62,879 nucleotides of DNA, filler included, from Sphacelaria rigidula (GCA_964200075.2; 10 parts of 10 records of this genome joined end to end with filler, not necessarily neighbours in it); one strand, 5' to 3'. Shown: positions 1-13,405, numbered from the whole stretch's first letter. The notes: generated from the sequence alone by a model not told the origin. Made by a program: numbers and translations.

Positions 1-330
1 TAACCTTCTGATGGTTGAGTAGGGGAGTTCGATTTCCGGAGAGATCTGGAATCTCTCCTCACACCATGCCCAACAGTGGAGAGCAACTATGTCGTGGGTA
101 CACAAAATTCGACTTCACGGTCGACGAGGGAAAGGGACAGCTGAACCCCTCTCGCGATAAAAAACAAAGGCAAGCACTGCAGAAGGAAGGTGGGGTATTC
201 AAAACAAATAAAAAAATAAAAAGCTCCTGTGTTGATCTTCCTCCTGTGTGACCCCGGCTGATGCGCCCACGTATACCGAAAGGTGTAGACTGGTGCCCAG
301 AATAAATTGGACGACAACACACACAACAAT
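1..330 (+). mobile_element. tRNA-derived SINE, 5' clipped by contig edge
   Basis: B-box-like GAGTTCGATTTCC at ~25-37. Body is the reverse complement of 49635-49990 and is also similar to 26500-26715. Ends in a (CA)/(CAA) tail. Confidence 0.75.
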
Positions 331-1202
331 AAATTATCCATCCCCAATTTGTAAGATGCCGTGTTTCTGGCGTGCCTGAACATCCTGAAGGACTGTAAGA
401 GCCGCAGGTGTCGGTCGTGCCGTCCGCGATGGCGCCGTTTACATGCTGTCGCTCGGAAGTACTACCCTGGAGTGCCTGTTCAGTTCCAGGTTGATCGTAA
501 ATCCCCGGTTCCACCATATATAACAGCGTTTTGATGTTAACCAGCATACATACGTTCGTATGATTCCTTCCACGCTGGGTCAAAGGGATCGGATGAAGCG
601 GCACCAACACGTTGGCGTTCATTATCATGACATCTGCCCCTTAAAGGGAGCTGAGATACGAAGTGGCTTCTTGAGCCTCTGCGCCAAGCTCTAGATGGTA
701 CGAAACTAGCTACTAGCAAGGGCTCAATGCTCAAAACAAGTTTCGGCGATGGTGACATCAAGACTGACCGTTCGTTCCTTGAAAGATCTCAGCAGACTTT
801 GAAAGAATCCTGTCCGGGGCGTTTTCGTTCGTTCAGGGAAGTAACGTCCACTGGTACAATTTGACGTAGACGGCATGAGCACAAATGAACACAGTAGATC
901 CCGGGAAGATAAAGGCCTGAAGCCGCCCCCGATATAATTCTGAAACTTCGCCTTGGAAGGAGACGGGCGCGCCGTCGGGGATCGTGGTGACCGTAGCATC
1001 TCGTCGTAGTAGTCTCGAGGACGGATCCGGCGATATCTCAAGTTCGCAAGGACCTCCGACGGCGCAGTTGGTGTACGGATTCTGCGTGTGCGCAAGACAC
1101 GGTGGTCGTATCGGCCGTTAATATTTGATAGTCATGGGTATTTAAGCCCTGTTGAGGGCACTTTTGGGCGATTGATTCGAAGATCCTTGCAACGACACCC
1201 GA

Positions 1203-1508
1203 CACGTCGTGATTTTACAAATTGGGGATATATTTTTTTTTGTGTGAGGATGGTAAACCCGGAGGATCAAAATCTTCGCATCCACACCGAATCTTCGTAA
1301 TATGGTTCCATTTCTTCACTTGCTGGTAGCTTTTGATAACTTCTACACGCCATTCAAATTTGGATCCTGATAACCGACATATTGGGGTCCTAGGTGAAAC
1401 AACAATTTTGGGGAATCGGGATGATCCGAGGGTAGAAGATATTTATTCTCCGGGTTTCTCATCCTCAATAATAGAAAACCCATCTCTCCAATTCGTAGAA
1501 TCCCGTGT
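1203..1508. mobile_element. MITE with ~60-bp imperfect TIRs (CACGGGATYTTACAAAT family)
   Basis: 1208-1265 is inverted-complementary to 1448-1506. Same terminus seen at ~335-365, 36575-36750, ~36815-36990 and 50135-50285. Confidence 0.65.
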
Positions 1509-1668
1509 TACCCGTCTGTGAACCACGACCAGGCGGATGTGGTTCAGCGAGATGGCGTTGTGCGCCTCGCTACCTGCGATCTGGACGTTGAACTAATTAA
1601 AAGAAGGTGATCATGGCTACTACAACACAGTAGTAAGGTGTACAATACGCAAGCAATGATCAGCACGG

Positions 1669-2033
1669 TGTTTGTAGCTTCGTGACCCCGTGAGAGGATG
1701 GGGTGCAGACTCGACTCAGATAGTCGATCAATGGACACGACTGCGATAGTCGATCAATGGACACGGCTGACTGCCGATCAAGATGGGGTAGAAATGTATA
1801 TAAAGCTTCGTTGATGAAGAGGGAAGGAAGGGGAGTGGGCCCAGTAGGCGCCAAAGTCTCAACATGTGGTGACAAGCACCACTCACGTATTATGTCTAGT
1901 CGCCAACATCACAACATAAAGTCATCCTGCATAGTACCCGGAACTCGAAACAGGTATGCCGCTAGACCATTGTACCTTATCCCGACAAGGTGTATCTTAC
2001 TGACCACCCCCACCCCTGGCCATCCTACGAACA
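1669..2033 (-). repeat. 3' LTR
   Basis: Direct repeat of 4990-5341; short terminal inverted repeat TGTTYGTAG. Confidence 0.93.
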
Positions 2034-4247
2034 CCCCCCCATTGACCGCGGGTGTCAGAAGTTAGGTTCAAGGACCATGCTCAGTGAACAGAGCTTCCCA
2101 CCGAAAGAGAACTCTTCCTCTCACGGCGCATTCAACAGATGTATCCTCTCAAAAATGGAGTCCATCACAACCGTAAAACAACCGCAAATCCCGAAACTCG
2201 TCACTTCTTTCAACGACTATGGGACCAGCCAAGAATCAAATACATCGGTACATTTCTTTTCACACCAAGACAAAAAAACAAGGATGGATGAGCTGTGTGT
2301 TTCATCACACTGTAGCTCCTGATGGTCAATCCAAGCGAAACGCAAGTCAAATTCTTCAACTGTACTAGCCCATGCCCCTTACAATAGCGTGGGTGGTCGT
2401 ACTTAGCATTCGAGTAACCTGCACTACGCACGCGAGACCAAGCTCCTAGGTAACATATATGAACCCACACAACACAGTGCAGTTGACAACTTTCGAAACT
2501 CGGATCACATGTTGCAAAATCCACTTCACAGTCAGTCAGCTGCCTACAGTACAAGAATCAAATTTCAAAATTCAAATTCAGCAATCCATACTACAGTAGT
2601 GCCTACGTCATCAAACCAAACTAGACACTCACTACATCTACTTAACCCCTTATTCCCCCTCGGTGACCGGCGGAGCAAAGCAGCTCAACGCCTCCAGACA
2701 AAACACACGATCAGCATCAGCCCCCCCCAATTCTTGCTGATCAAAGTCTTCCCCCCCCCACTTCTAGGCCACGGGGAAGGAGTGTTGCATTCATCATCTT
2801 TCCCCCGTAGCGGGGAGATGTGCAGCGAGGGACTGATCTTGATCCTGGTCGGTCACCGCCCTCCAAAACCATCCGTCACCTCGTGCTCGTCTCAGCCGTA
2901 TAGACAGCATCTGTGTCAGACAAAGATGGTTTTTGAAGGCTCAGCGTCTCACATATCGTGCAGACCCGGGGGGAATGGGCAGTGGGACAACAGAAAGGAA
3001 AAGTATTCATATCCATGTTACTCAGGCGCGTCAATCACCAACCGATGAACATACTTCCACTACGTACCGTACTGTGGTGTCGCGTTACGGCAGTCGCGAA
3101 CGCACACCCACATATTATACCCGGATCCAGCACTATTATTTCAACTCTTCACTTCTCGTTCACATATCACACATGGATCAAACGGCAGTTCGGCCGCTAG
3201 CATCCTGGTTGCATGAAACAGTACACTTCGACTTTTTACATGCCGTGCCAACATGTGAAAACCTGTATGGAATTCGCCTGGCCAGCCAACCGAGCAACGA
3301 CCAGCTCCCATATGGGTGATACAATGCACTCTTCTTTTATCATGCTGTGCACATGAACCGCATCTCGCACATAACGTCAGCTCTACCTATTAGCCATCAA
3401 ATGTGGGTCACATGCGTTTTGCTGTCCTGTAGCACAGGAATTTCATTTGTGCCCACAGTCACTCTTCCGAAATAATCGTGATCAGGCCAAGCTACTAGTA
3501 TTGCGCTATACTCAGTCCTTGCTCCTACCATAACAACGAAGCCTCACCAACCAATCCAGTCAAGAAACCGATGCCTCGCGAATCTTACACCTCTCGGAAT
3601 ATTGACAACTTTTTCACTTAGATGTCGAGTTCCGGAACCCACCTCAAATTTTGTGGTCTCAACCATCATTCATCCGCATACCCCTCTGCGGAACGTTTTA
3701 TCGACATCACCCTCTAGTCTAGTCAGACAATGGTGCTCCACGTGCCTGTACTCACCAAGACGACGAACAAGGTTCCACCTCAACCGATTGAGTAAGGATG
3801 TGGTACCCCACAGACCTGCGCTCATCGGGATGGCAACAATGTTACACATAAGCGTTGAGTTTCGGCATCCATGTCAAAACATGTCCTCAACACTCTTCAC
3901 GCACTTCACTCTGTGCAATTTTACCGACACCGTTCCACAGTCAAGTCAAGTCGCGGTGCCCCGCTCTCCTCACAAATACAAAAACGGCAGACGATCTTCT
4001 ATGCATCAATAGAGTCAAACAAGCGTGCAAAGCAAGTCTGCACTCATCGAGACAGAAATGTTCGTCAAACATAGCACTGAGTTTCGGTGTCCCTATCAAA
4101 AATATGGTCTCAGCATCGTCCAGAGATGTCAACATCTCGATCCACCTGGGCATCAACCTTTCCTTGGGTACATGAATCGTTATCTGCATGACGGTCACGC
4201 ACACTCAAAACATAAAAACAAAGGGGTACTTGAGTCATGTATAGGTC

Positions 4248-4935
4248 TCATGCCATCATTTTCCAAAAGGCTTCTGCGTCCGCTTCCAAACATACTGAAG
4301 AATCGCTACTACCCGACGACCCTACTGCCATCGCTGTATCTTCTTCTTCTCCTGTACTACAATCCTGAAACAAATATCCCTTTTTGTCCGCATCTCATCC
4401 AATATCGCTCCGGACAGTCATGCGCTGAGTGTGCTGTTTGCTTCCGGCAAATCCAACATCGCCTCTCCTTCGCAGAACCATTTTCACGCCCGTCCAGTTT
4501 TTAATCCCCCGTACTTCCCGAGGTTCCTTGTAATTTTCTCTTCCGACTACTCTTGCCTAGATGGGGGTAGTAAGCCGGGGACTCCTCGTTCGTACTTACT
4601 TGGGTGGATCCATCGCCCGTGGATCCTCGGAGAGGGCCTGATACAATCCCTACACTGCGTGGTGACTGGACCCTCCCTGTTCCGGCACCGGCGACGGTGT
4701 GCCTCCCGTCGCCTGCCTCCCCCTCCTCGTCCGCCGCCGCTCCGGGGCCAGTGGGCGATGTCCCGCGCACTAACTGGGACACCATCATCGTCTTCAGCTC
4801 CGCCAACTGCTCGGTGATATCCGCCATCGAGTCTTGCAAGTTGGCGACATTCTCCTTCACCTCCAGCATCTCTGTTGGGGACGATGTATCTCCCACGACG
4901 GCCGAGTGTCTTTCCGCAGTGCTCCAGTCCGCCAT
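4248..4935 (-). pseudogene. gag: Decayed gag-like ORF with coiled-coil N-terminus and two zinc knuckles
   Basis: MADWSTAE...NLQDSMADITEQLAELKTMMV coiled coil. An in-frame TAA at 4501-4503 is followed in frame by CWICRKQTAHSAHDC, then a frameshifted, degenerate WMRCGQKG/YLFQDC (4358-4458). Confidence 0.75.
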
Positions 4936-4989
4936 CGGTCCCTTGGCCACAAAGCTCCCAAGTTGGGTAGGGGCTCTAGAGTGTTTGAG

Positions 4990-5341
4990 TGTTTGTAGCT
5001 TCGTGACCCCGGAGAGGATGGGGTGCAGACTCGACTCAGATAGTCGATCAATGGACACGACTGCGATAGTCGATCAATGGACACGGCTGACTACCGATCA
5101 AGATGAGGTAGAAGTGTATATAAAGCTTTGTTGATGAAGAGGGAAGGAAGGGGAGTGGGCCCGATGGGGGCCGAGGTACCAAGATGCGACAAGCACCACT
5201 CACGTATGTCTAGTCGCCAACATCACAACATAAAGTCATCCTGCATAGTACCCGGAACTCGAAACAGGTATGCCGCTAGACCATTGTACCTTATCCCGAC
5301 AAGGTGTATCTTACTGACCACCCCGGGCCATCCTACGAACA
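4990..5341 (-). repeat. 5' LTR
   Basis: Direct repeat of 1669-2033. TATA-like TTTATATAC on the - strand at ~5115-5124; internal 24-bp tandem duplication. Confidence 0.93.
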
Positions 5342-6199
5342 CACGGGAGTTCGATATATTTGCGAAGAAAACAAATACACGGGACACCGGTAAGAGTCGT
5401 AGTGCTTACCAAAACAGTCTAGGGTCGTGCGAAACCATCGAACGCGTAGTCCCGCAGAAGTTGTAAGATCTCGAAGAAAGTAGAGTAAAGTGAAGGAGGT
5501 GGGAGAACACGTGGATGTGCCCTGCGGATCTCAGGGTGGAACAAACACTCACAGAGGTTCGTACTCATAGATTGCTCTGCTTCGCATCGCGCTTCCAATT
5601 TCCCTATCCTTTCTTGGATTGGAATGGAATAGAAAAGGGACGGAACAGACAGATGCCCTCACAGTGTTGTTCCTTTTCGATACCGTAATATGGAAGCTTT
5701 GGTCACAGTGAGGTGTACGTTCTACTAGTTGAAGTCATGTTCCGCAGAGTCAGTTATCTCGAGCTCAGACAGGAGGTCATCGTGGGAAGAGGGTTGGGCA
5801 CTGTTAGCTTCCACAGCTCGCTTCACGGGCGATGCCCCACATGGGAGAAAGCTGCACGACGCATGACAGTCGTCACGGCACACGTTGCAAGCGTGTTTTT
5901 GCTGAAAAGATTCATGTATCCACTAGTAGAACAGGGCGAGTTAGGGCCTGTCTTCGCACCTTTTTTTTTCGATCGAAAAAATGAGGGGGTGGAATCGATC
6001 TGGGCGAAAAATTCTCGTTTTGATGCAGTTGGGTCCGGATGGATTTTCAAGCTTTCGATCGAAAAAAAACAGTGAAATTCGTGAAACGGTACGTGGTCTG
6101 TATTGATTGCACTGCTTGCAAGTAGGGTGTCTTGACTGCGTGCGTGCGTGTTTCGTGCTGGAGAAGATGAAGGCGAAGCGGACAATGTGCAGTGCAGAC

Positions 6200-6299
6200 N
6201 NNNNNNNNNNNNNNNNNNNNNNNNNNNNNNNNNNNNNNNNNNNTTAATTAATTAANNNNNNNNNNNNNNNNNNNNNNNNNNNNNNNNNNNNNNNNNNNN
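6200..6299. other. Artificial contig linker (N44-TTAATTAATTAA-N44); also 12498-12597, 18796-18895, 25094-25193, 31392-31491, 37690-37789, 43988-44087, 50286-50385, 56583-56682
   Basis: Identical 100-bp spacer with stops in all six frames, recurring every 6297-6298 bp. Confidence 0.98.
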
Positions 6300-8147
6300 C
6301 CACCCCCTCGCCGTGCGCACCCTCCTTTGGTGCCGCCCGGGGGGGGGGGGGGGAAGGGGGGGGGGGGGGTTTGCCCCCCCCCCCCCCCCCCCCCCCCCAC
6401 GCTCCCCAATGCGGTTACCGTATTTGCTTTGAAGAGTGGAGGATGGCTGTTGGCAAGTAAGAGAGACATGAGTGGAGGATGCTTATGCTTCCTTGCGTCG
6501 GCGGGGTTCTTGTCAAAGTATTTAAGCAAAATTCCGTGGGTGACGCATTCGTGCAGTACGAAACGTTCGCAGCTGGGATACAGAGTACTTTGGTCTTTGC
6601 ATCTACGGATTTTGCCTCATAACTTCCTGGCGTAAATCCGGGGCTGTTTTCTGCCAATTTCAGGTACTCTCGGAGTTGAAAACGCCGTTGCGGGGAAGGA
6701 TAGACAATGTTAATGTTGGGTACAACTGCTGCGTCTTCGGCCATTTTCGGGCACATGGCCTTCTCGGCGAATCAGACGGCCGCATTTAGGTTTTCCCATG
6801 TTACGTAGCTGTATCTGAAAATGCCCAAACAGTGCTCGAGTATACCTGAACATTACCAGTTCCCAAATAGGTATATATCACGTTAATTCTTTCAGAACTC
6901 TCTCTCTTATCCCCGAGTCAGACGCCTCATAATTTTGAGACTTGGTGATAAAAAACAAGCTGGGAACGCACCCATGAGTACGGAGGACCAGCGGAAAGAG
7001 AATTCTATAAGCACATGTCATGAAAATACAAACATCATCCCCATGTGGTCGGGTTGATTCCGTTAAAAAATAGTGCGCTCCGGGTGCAGTGCGTCCAATT
7101 GCATCCATGCCGCCATATAGTTAGCCGAGGTATGAAGAACCCATACTGCAAATCGTCAGTCTCCATGTCTCGAGTTCTCTAGCACAACATGTCACGTTTG
7201 TGTATGACTCTTAGGAGGATGACACAAATATCCCATGACATGCACAATTGCAAAATCCCATACTGCACTGTACTGTGCTGTGCTATGTGGACTGTAACAA
7301 TGACCATGTAAGTAGACCCCCTGCCCTCCGACCTTCGAACGGGCCCCACGCACGCCCTGTTTTACACGTTGCCGCTTCTGTCAGGTATGAATTAGTCTCG
7401 AAGGGGTGTGGTAGGTTCTTCCTCCACTCGCAGTATGATTAGCCAAGTAAACAGCAAGTTCGGTCTCTAGTGGACAAGTTCAATATATAAACCAAATGAA
7501 AACACCAAATGCTACTCGTGCTGCGAGTCATCCGTGGAGTATTGCATATCAACCCCCGCTTGCTGAGGATAACGTGCATTTCGACAGCAAGCGCAGTATC
7601 GCTACGCCACGTATATTTCCTAGGCACGCACATGCTGTCGGCTATATCGTCTACCGTATCTTCCGTGTAGAGACGAAGGAGACTTCGAGGGTGCGCGTAT
7701 CAAAAGTAAACTTGTAAAGACTCAGCTTACAGCTGCGGCATAGATGGGTGTGCCACACTTGAGCAAGGTGTCAGCACTGGCACAGCACAGCGCCACCTGT
7801 ACTGAAGCTTGTCTTAATTACTACTGCACAGTAGAGATGATGATGACTGTACGCCTGAAGGACGCTACTGAGTGATGTGTGCTACTGGCTGTTGTAACAT
7901 CTTCAGCTATCTGTGCTGACGTGCGCACTTCCATGCACTTTCAGGGAAACAGCGAATGGATCATCCAAGGGTGTCGTTTCCAAACCTTCCACGTACGTAC
8001 AGGTCTGTCAATCCCGCACTCTGGCAGAAATATGCTGGGTACAAGTCATAATAGTAACGTATTAACCATGCGCGGATAAAAAAACCGTCAACCCGACATC
8101 GTCAGCCTACAGGACATATACAATTGTATCCAGTTCCAAAAGCGAAA

Positions 8148-9280
8148 ACGTCCATCCGAATCAACCGCCGTATCAGCGCGGCGTGGGCGCGTATCCGAAA
8201 GTGTAGCTCCCATTTCTACGACCGACCCAACGCCGAGCTTTCCTTGAAACTTCGACTGCTTAACGCGGAGGTGGTAGCAGCTCTGTTGTATGGATGTGCC
8301 ACATGAACGCTACGTTCTGAGGACTTCGACAGTCTGCGGACTACGCATCACAAGCTCTTGCTGCAAGTGGTTGGATTCCGCAGGAAATATCGAAATGGCT
8401 ACAAGATTCTTTCGTATAGAGCGGTGCTCGAGATGACCAACTGCTAACGTATCGAGACGACCATCCGCAAACGCCAACTCTGCTTCGCGGGAGCCCTTGT
8501 CCGGCAGAAGGAAACACGCCTGCCTGAGCGCGTCATGGACGACCAGTTAACCACACGAGGGCCCAAGGAGGCCGGCCGCCCCCCCCAAGCAATGGGAGGA
8601 TAACCTCCAGGAAAACCTACGTGCGCTAGGGGCTGTCCCACACCAAGGAGCCCGACGGATATGGGACGTTAACGGTGTAGAAGTTAAGGATGCATACGAT
8701 TGGATCACTGCGGCGAAGAGCATGGGAAATGGCATATTGGAGTCGAAAAGGGAGCGGAAGAGTTTGAGGACACGCGGCGACGCGCGGACAAACGAGAATC
8801 AGACCGCCGTCACAAGCGAGAGGCTGCTGTGTCAAGGGCCGCTAATGGAAGAATTATGTCTGCTCATATCGGTTGTTGATCATGTCCTTAGTCGGTGGCT
8901 CTGCGGTGCTCACTGGTGTGTGTTTGTATCTACTCTACTGTCCTGAATCCCTATTACAGGGCCTTTTCCTTTCTATATTCATTTATTCCATTATTTTTTC
9001 TGCTCCTTTTTTTTTCGAGGTCGGGCATCTCTTTCTATACTTTGCTTTTTTTGCTTTTTTTTTTTTCACGTCTTCATCTACTGTATCGTTCTGTTGGACT
9101 TTTTTCTGCTCCTTCATTTTCTCGAACGAGTGTTTCAGTTTTGGTTTTCTTGGGTACGTACGTCTATGATGCGACCACGGCTGGACCCATAGGTGGTCAG
9201 TTGAAGAGCGACAATCAACCAATCAATCGATCAATCGATCAATCGGTCAATCGGTCAATCGATCAATTGACCAATCGATC
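8148..9280 (+). mobile_element. 5'-truncated, decayed non-LTR retrotransposon (RTE-like C-terminus, 3' UTR, (CAAT/CGAT)n tail)
   Basis: Translation INRRISAAWARIRK...LSLKLRLLNAEVVAALLYGCAT*...IETTIRKRQLCFAGALVRQKETRLPERVM...GRP matches the post-RT region of RTE LINEs. Contains stops and frameshifts; microsatellite tail at 9211-9280. Confidence 0.85.
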
Positions 9281-11420
9281 AAAAAGGGTGAATATTTCGT
9301 GTTGTACCGTTGGAATGGCTTCGAAATAAGGGTGCTTATCATTTTTGCTGCATCACGGAAACGTTCGCACACGGGTAGTGCTCTAGCACACCCAGTATCG
9401 CTTGAAACCGTGCACTGTTGTTGACAGGTGGCACCACGGGTACACAGATGGAGAGGCCTGGGGGTACCGTGCGTATCTGTAGTACAGAATAGTTACCCAG
9501 GGTTTCGATTGCCGAAACCCTCGAGTATTTCAGGGTATCCAGGGTATCCAGGGTATCGACCTGTACCCGTACCCCGCACGACCATAAACACCGCTGTTCA
9601 GGTGCTACGGCAATCAATACAGCACCGATATAAGACACGAGGTACCCCCCACCATTGGTTACAGTAGAACCCCACTGGACCATCGAGTCGGCTATCTAGT
9701 ACGGGATTCCTTCGAACGGAGGAAACAAGTAATTTTTTGAGCTCAGAAGCCGTGCGGTTGCGACTCCGAGGCATTCTTCTCCTCTCGCCGCTCGCCGGCG
9801 CTCTGTACTAGTCTCCTGGGTCTAACAAAACCAACATATTGAACTTCTTTGATTTTTGCAATGTGCTGTAGATTAAGTAGTTTCATGTTCCCAGCACAAG
9901 CGGTAAAGCAACACGTAGAGCACGTGGGGACGAGTAAAGGTGGAGGCGGCCACATCCGAATGTCCCGTGATGGTAATTATATCACTCTCTCCCAGAGCAA
10001 TGAATTCTGCCGGCTCACCCAGTGTTGCACTAGCCCTTCATTATTGTCCTTCAGTGCTCAACGTCTGTGAGGTCAGACTATCATGGACACTTTGAGGCGA
10101 AATGAAGTGTCGTGGGACGAGGGAAGGCGGAGTTTGTCGTTGCTTATGTGTTCACCACCCTCTCCTGGGCGTACCAGCTCCGCGGTGTTGCCAGAGACTG
10201 CTGCTCTCGTGCTAAACCACTTCCAACATCACGGTGGCAGAATATGTAACCTTGGCATCACCAGCGTTCTAGTGCAAAAGATCGACCGTATACGTCCACC
10301 TGGCTATTAAACACCGTGGTTGAGCTTTGATAATGTGTTGAAAAACTGGCGGAAAATCCCGCTTGAAATGACGTCAGTACAAACTGTGCCCAGGTATCTA
10401 CGTTCGGGACATTGTACCGCTGTGTTGACACCTAGTCCAGAAATATCCTGCGCCAAAGAGTATCGAGGCATGCTACGGTAGGGGTCCAGTATTTGGGCCC
10501 AGATCTTTCTCATTCAGCTGCTCCTATAGTTAGGAGCTTTGTCACGGACTACTGATCGTACTTCGGAATAAATGCGACATCGTGGACGCCGATTGCCCAA
10601 GATGTGTCCGAATGGTCCCGAGTTGTAGAGGAGGGGGCTATCATGTACTTCCTCTGTCCCACAAGTAAAGGTACCTAACGGCGATACATTGTTGAGGTAT
10701 GTCAGTGGTGGCGACGATGTCGTGGTTGGGTTCGTTAGAAAGGCAAAGCGCAGACAAAGCTGGTGAAAAAAAAAGCGAAAAGAAAACTTGTTTTCATCTC
10801 CCCAGTTGATCCTAGTTGATCCCTTTTCCCCCCATCATTGACCGAGTTTGGACATTTTCACGCCGAGCACTAGCAATAACATGCTAAGAAAATGTTGGAT
10901 GGGGCTTGCGTAGGTTAATATCATTGACATGTCCAAAATCAATGGTGGTTTCGCGATTTCACATTTTTTGGCCCATTTCCCGTGATTTTTCTTGTTCCCG
11001 GGTCTATCATGCTTCCCTGGGAAAACGGGCGAAAAATGGCCGTTTTTGGACCGACCTGCTTTTTCTCGGCCGCGCGGCTGCATGGTTCAAGCACGAGCTG
11101 CAAATTTAAACACATTTTCTTAACCCAAATTACACCGTAGAGTTCATTTAAAAAAAAAAAACCGATCGGACATCGTTAAGGGCCCGTACAAATTCAGGTA
11201 CCTTTACTGATGGGACAGAGGAAGTATATGATAGCCTGGACGAAAGCACGCCACGCTGAGAAACGTTTTGCTGTGCTACCACCAGAGCTCCCCCAGTGCT
11301 TACCGAGGACCTCCGAAAAGTAACCAGTAGTCCATCGGGTAGTACACTCACTAGCTCATCTACGGTCTCTCCGAACAGCTTTGGTGGTGGTCTATTAGGG
11401 TGCCTGGGGTTGGTTTTGAG

Positions 11421-12204
11421 AGTGATGCTACGGTAGGGGTGCACAGATATTTTCTGAGGTTGGAATTGTTAAGAGCCCTTGATCTCATCCAGAACACGGC
11501 CCATGAAAATATGTGAGAGTATGCCAGGATAACTATTCCAATGTGCTGGGAATAACCCGACTGAATTTGCAAACGGGGATGTCGTAACCCATATTCTTGT
11601 GCATGTAGAATATTCAGAAGTCCCTGAACCAGACAAGATTTCGTGCAAAACGTACACCCCCTAGCGTAGGATTGCTCAAGAGTTGCCCCCGCCCGGTGCA
11701 CTCTTTTCTTATCTTGTCTTCTTTCCTTTTTCTGTCGGTGTGCTTTTCTTAGCAGATCTCAACTTTTTTCCCCACCCCATTGAACTCGGGCAACCTAATT
11801 CTCGTGTTTTTCTGGGCGTCTCTCTTCATATTTTCATTTTGGCGATACTTTAGCTGATTGTGCTTGTTTTTGTAATTAGGCTGGAGTCTCAAAAACAAAT
11901 GATGGAGGAGTCTAGGTCTTGTAAAGGAACAGCATGGACGGTATTGGAAAGACGAGCCTACGTCTGTGACCACAGGTTCGAGAGATCGGACTAATGTACG
12001 GAAATAAAGATAAAATAATAATACTAAACACGAGAAAAAGGACCAGGACACCCCCTTTTGTCAAGCCCATTCGGGATATCCCTAGCCCATCGGGATACTA
12101 GTTATGGCGTGCTCAAGTAGTCCATAAACTGTTTTTTTGGATGAGAGGGAACCCCTAACAATTCGAACCTCGAAAATATTTGTGCACCGCTACCGTAGCA
12201 GACT
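11421..12204. mobile_element. Non-autonomous DNA element with ~80-bp TIRs (AGTSATGCTACGGTAG), carrying a nested retroposon 3' end
   Basis: 11426-11500 is inverted-complementary to 12125-12200. Same end at 14345-14420 and ~10465-10510; related element at 12733-13159 and 33455-33535. Confidence 0.65.
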
Positions 12205-12597
12205 TTCTCATGGAACAAGAAAGACATGCACGTGATGCACACTCCTTGTTACATATAACCAACTTACTCTACGAGTTTCAAAACACATACAGGCTGGGCC
12301 ACCTAAGAAGCGGACTTTCCTTCAGCCGGTTCTAACTGACGATCTATGGCGAGTTGTGCCTACTATGACACATCGTGGTTATCTGCAAATCAATGCGCAT
12401 CTTTCACCTCACGTAGCACTGCGATCTGACAAGTTCCCATCAAACGAAATACCAGACTGCAGTCAGCTGCGAAGTATGGAGAGTTGAGGGTGGTATGNNN
12501 NNNNNNNNNNNNNNNNNNNNNNNNNNNNNNNNNNNNNNNNNTTAATTAATTAANNNNNNNNNNNNNNNNNNNNNNNNNNNNNNNNNNNNNNNNNNNN

Positions 12598-12628
12598 CCA
12601 GATGGCTTACACCATTGGGGTGCATCAC
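12598..12628 (-). CDS. ACC: Acetyl-CoA carboxylase exon (truncated by gap)
   Basis: cag|VMHPNGVSHL continues the GGPQ motif of the preceding exon. Confidence 0.9.
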
Positions 12629-12685
12629 CTGAGACGAAATTGCAAAAAAAAAAATGGAACACGACACCAGCGTTCATGTGAAAAG

Positions 12686-12731
<46 letters not shown>

Positions 12732-13405
12732 TGGTAATGCTACGATGGGGGGGGAGGGCGGCGTCCTCATTTGTTGCTTGCTTTAATCGTTTCACAATTG
12801 GCCACGCATCCCTTTCGAAACGCAGGACCGTTCCTGTTCCTGATAGAGATAGGATACTTGGGCGCTCATGACGTGTCTTCCATACATGACACAGAACCGT
12901 GTATATATCTTGTCCCCGGCCGGTTTCGCCGTCCGTGCCCAACATCTCCTGGTATAGCCATCGTTTTCGATATGCCACAATAGGGAAGGGGGAAAGGGGC
13001 TTGATTCGACGAAAACTAGGGGCCATAGGGTGTTATTTACATGGAACAAGCGCGTTCAAACAACCATCGCTCTTTCAACGACGATTTGAAGTATAATTCC
13101 GTGGAGAAAATGGTCCAAAATGGCCCAAAATACCCCCCTGCCCCCATCGAAGCATGACTGCGCACGCACACGCACACACCAGTGAAACGTCTTGTCTAGC
13201 CACGTATTCGCTGGATTGGTACTTCCGAGTAGGGGGGAAGGGGGGGGGCGGGACAGCCCGGAACGAAGTTTTGTATCGTGTTCACACCCGGAACAATTAT
13301 ATATGGTCAATCTATTCAACAGGCCTATACTTCACCCGGAACATTTTCCGTCTACTGCATCTTTCGGCCATACAGTGTCCAGGGTGTGATAATGTTTGAT
13401 TTCAC

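Larger units (their letters stand above)
1669..5341 (-). mobile_element. Complete non-autonomous LTR retrotransposon (gag-only)
   Basis: LTRs at 1669-2033 and 4990-5341, both TG...CA. Perfect 5-bp TSD CACGG (1664-1668, 5342-5346). G7 polypurine tract abuts the 3' LTR on the - strand (2034-2040). Decayed gag present; no recognisable RT/IN. Confidence 0.93.

Noticed and set aside
6244..6255. Periodic TTAATTAATTAA palindrome every ~6.3 kb
   Set aside because: Assembly linker inside N runs.
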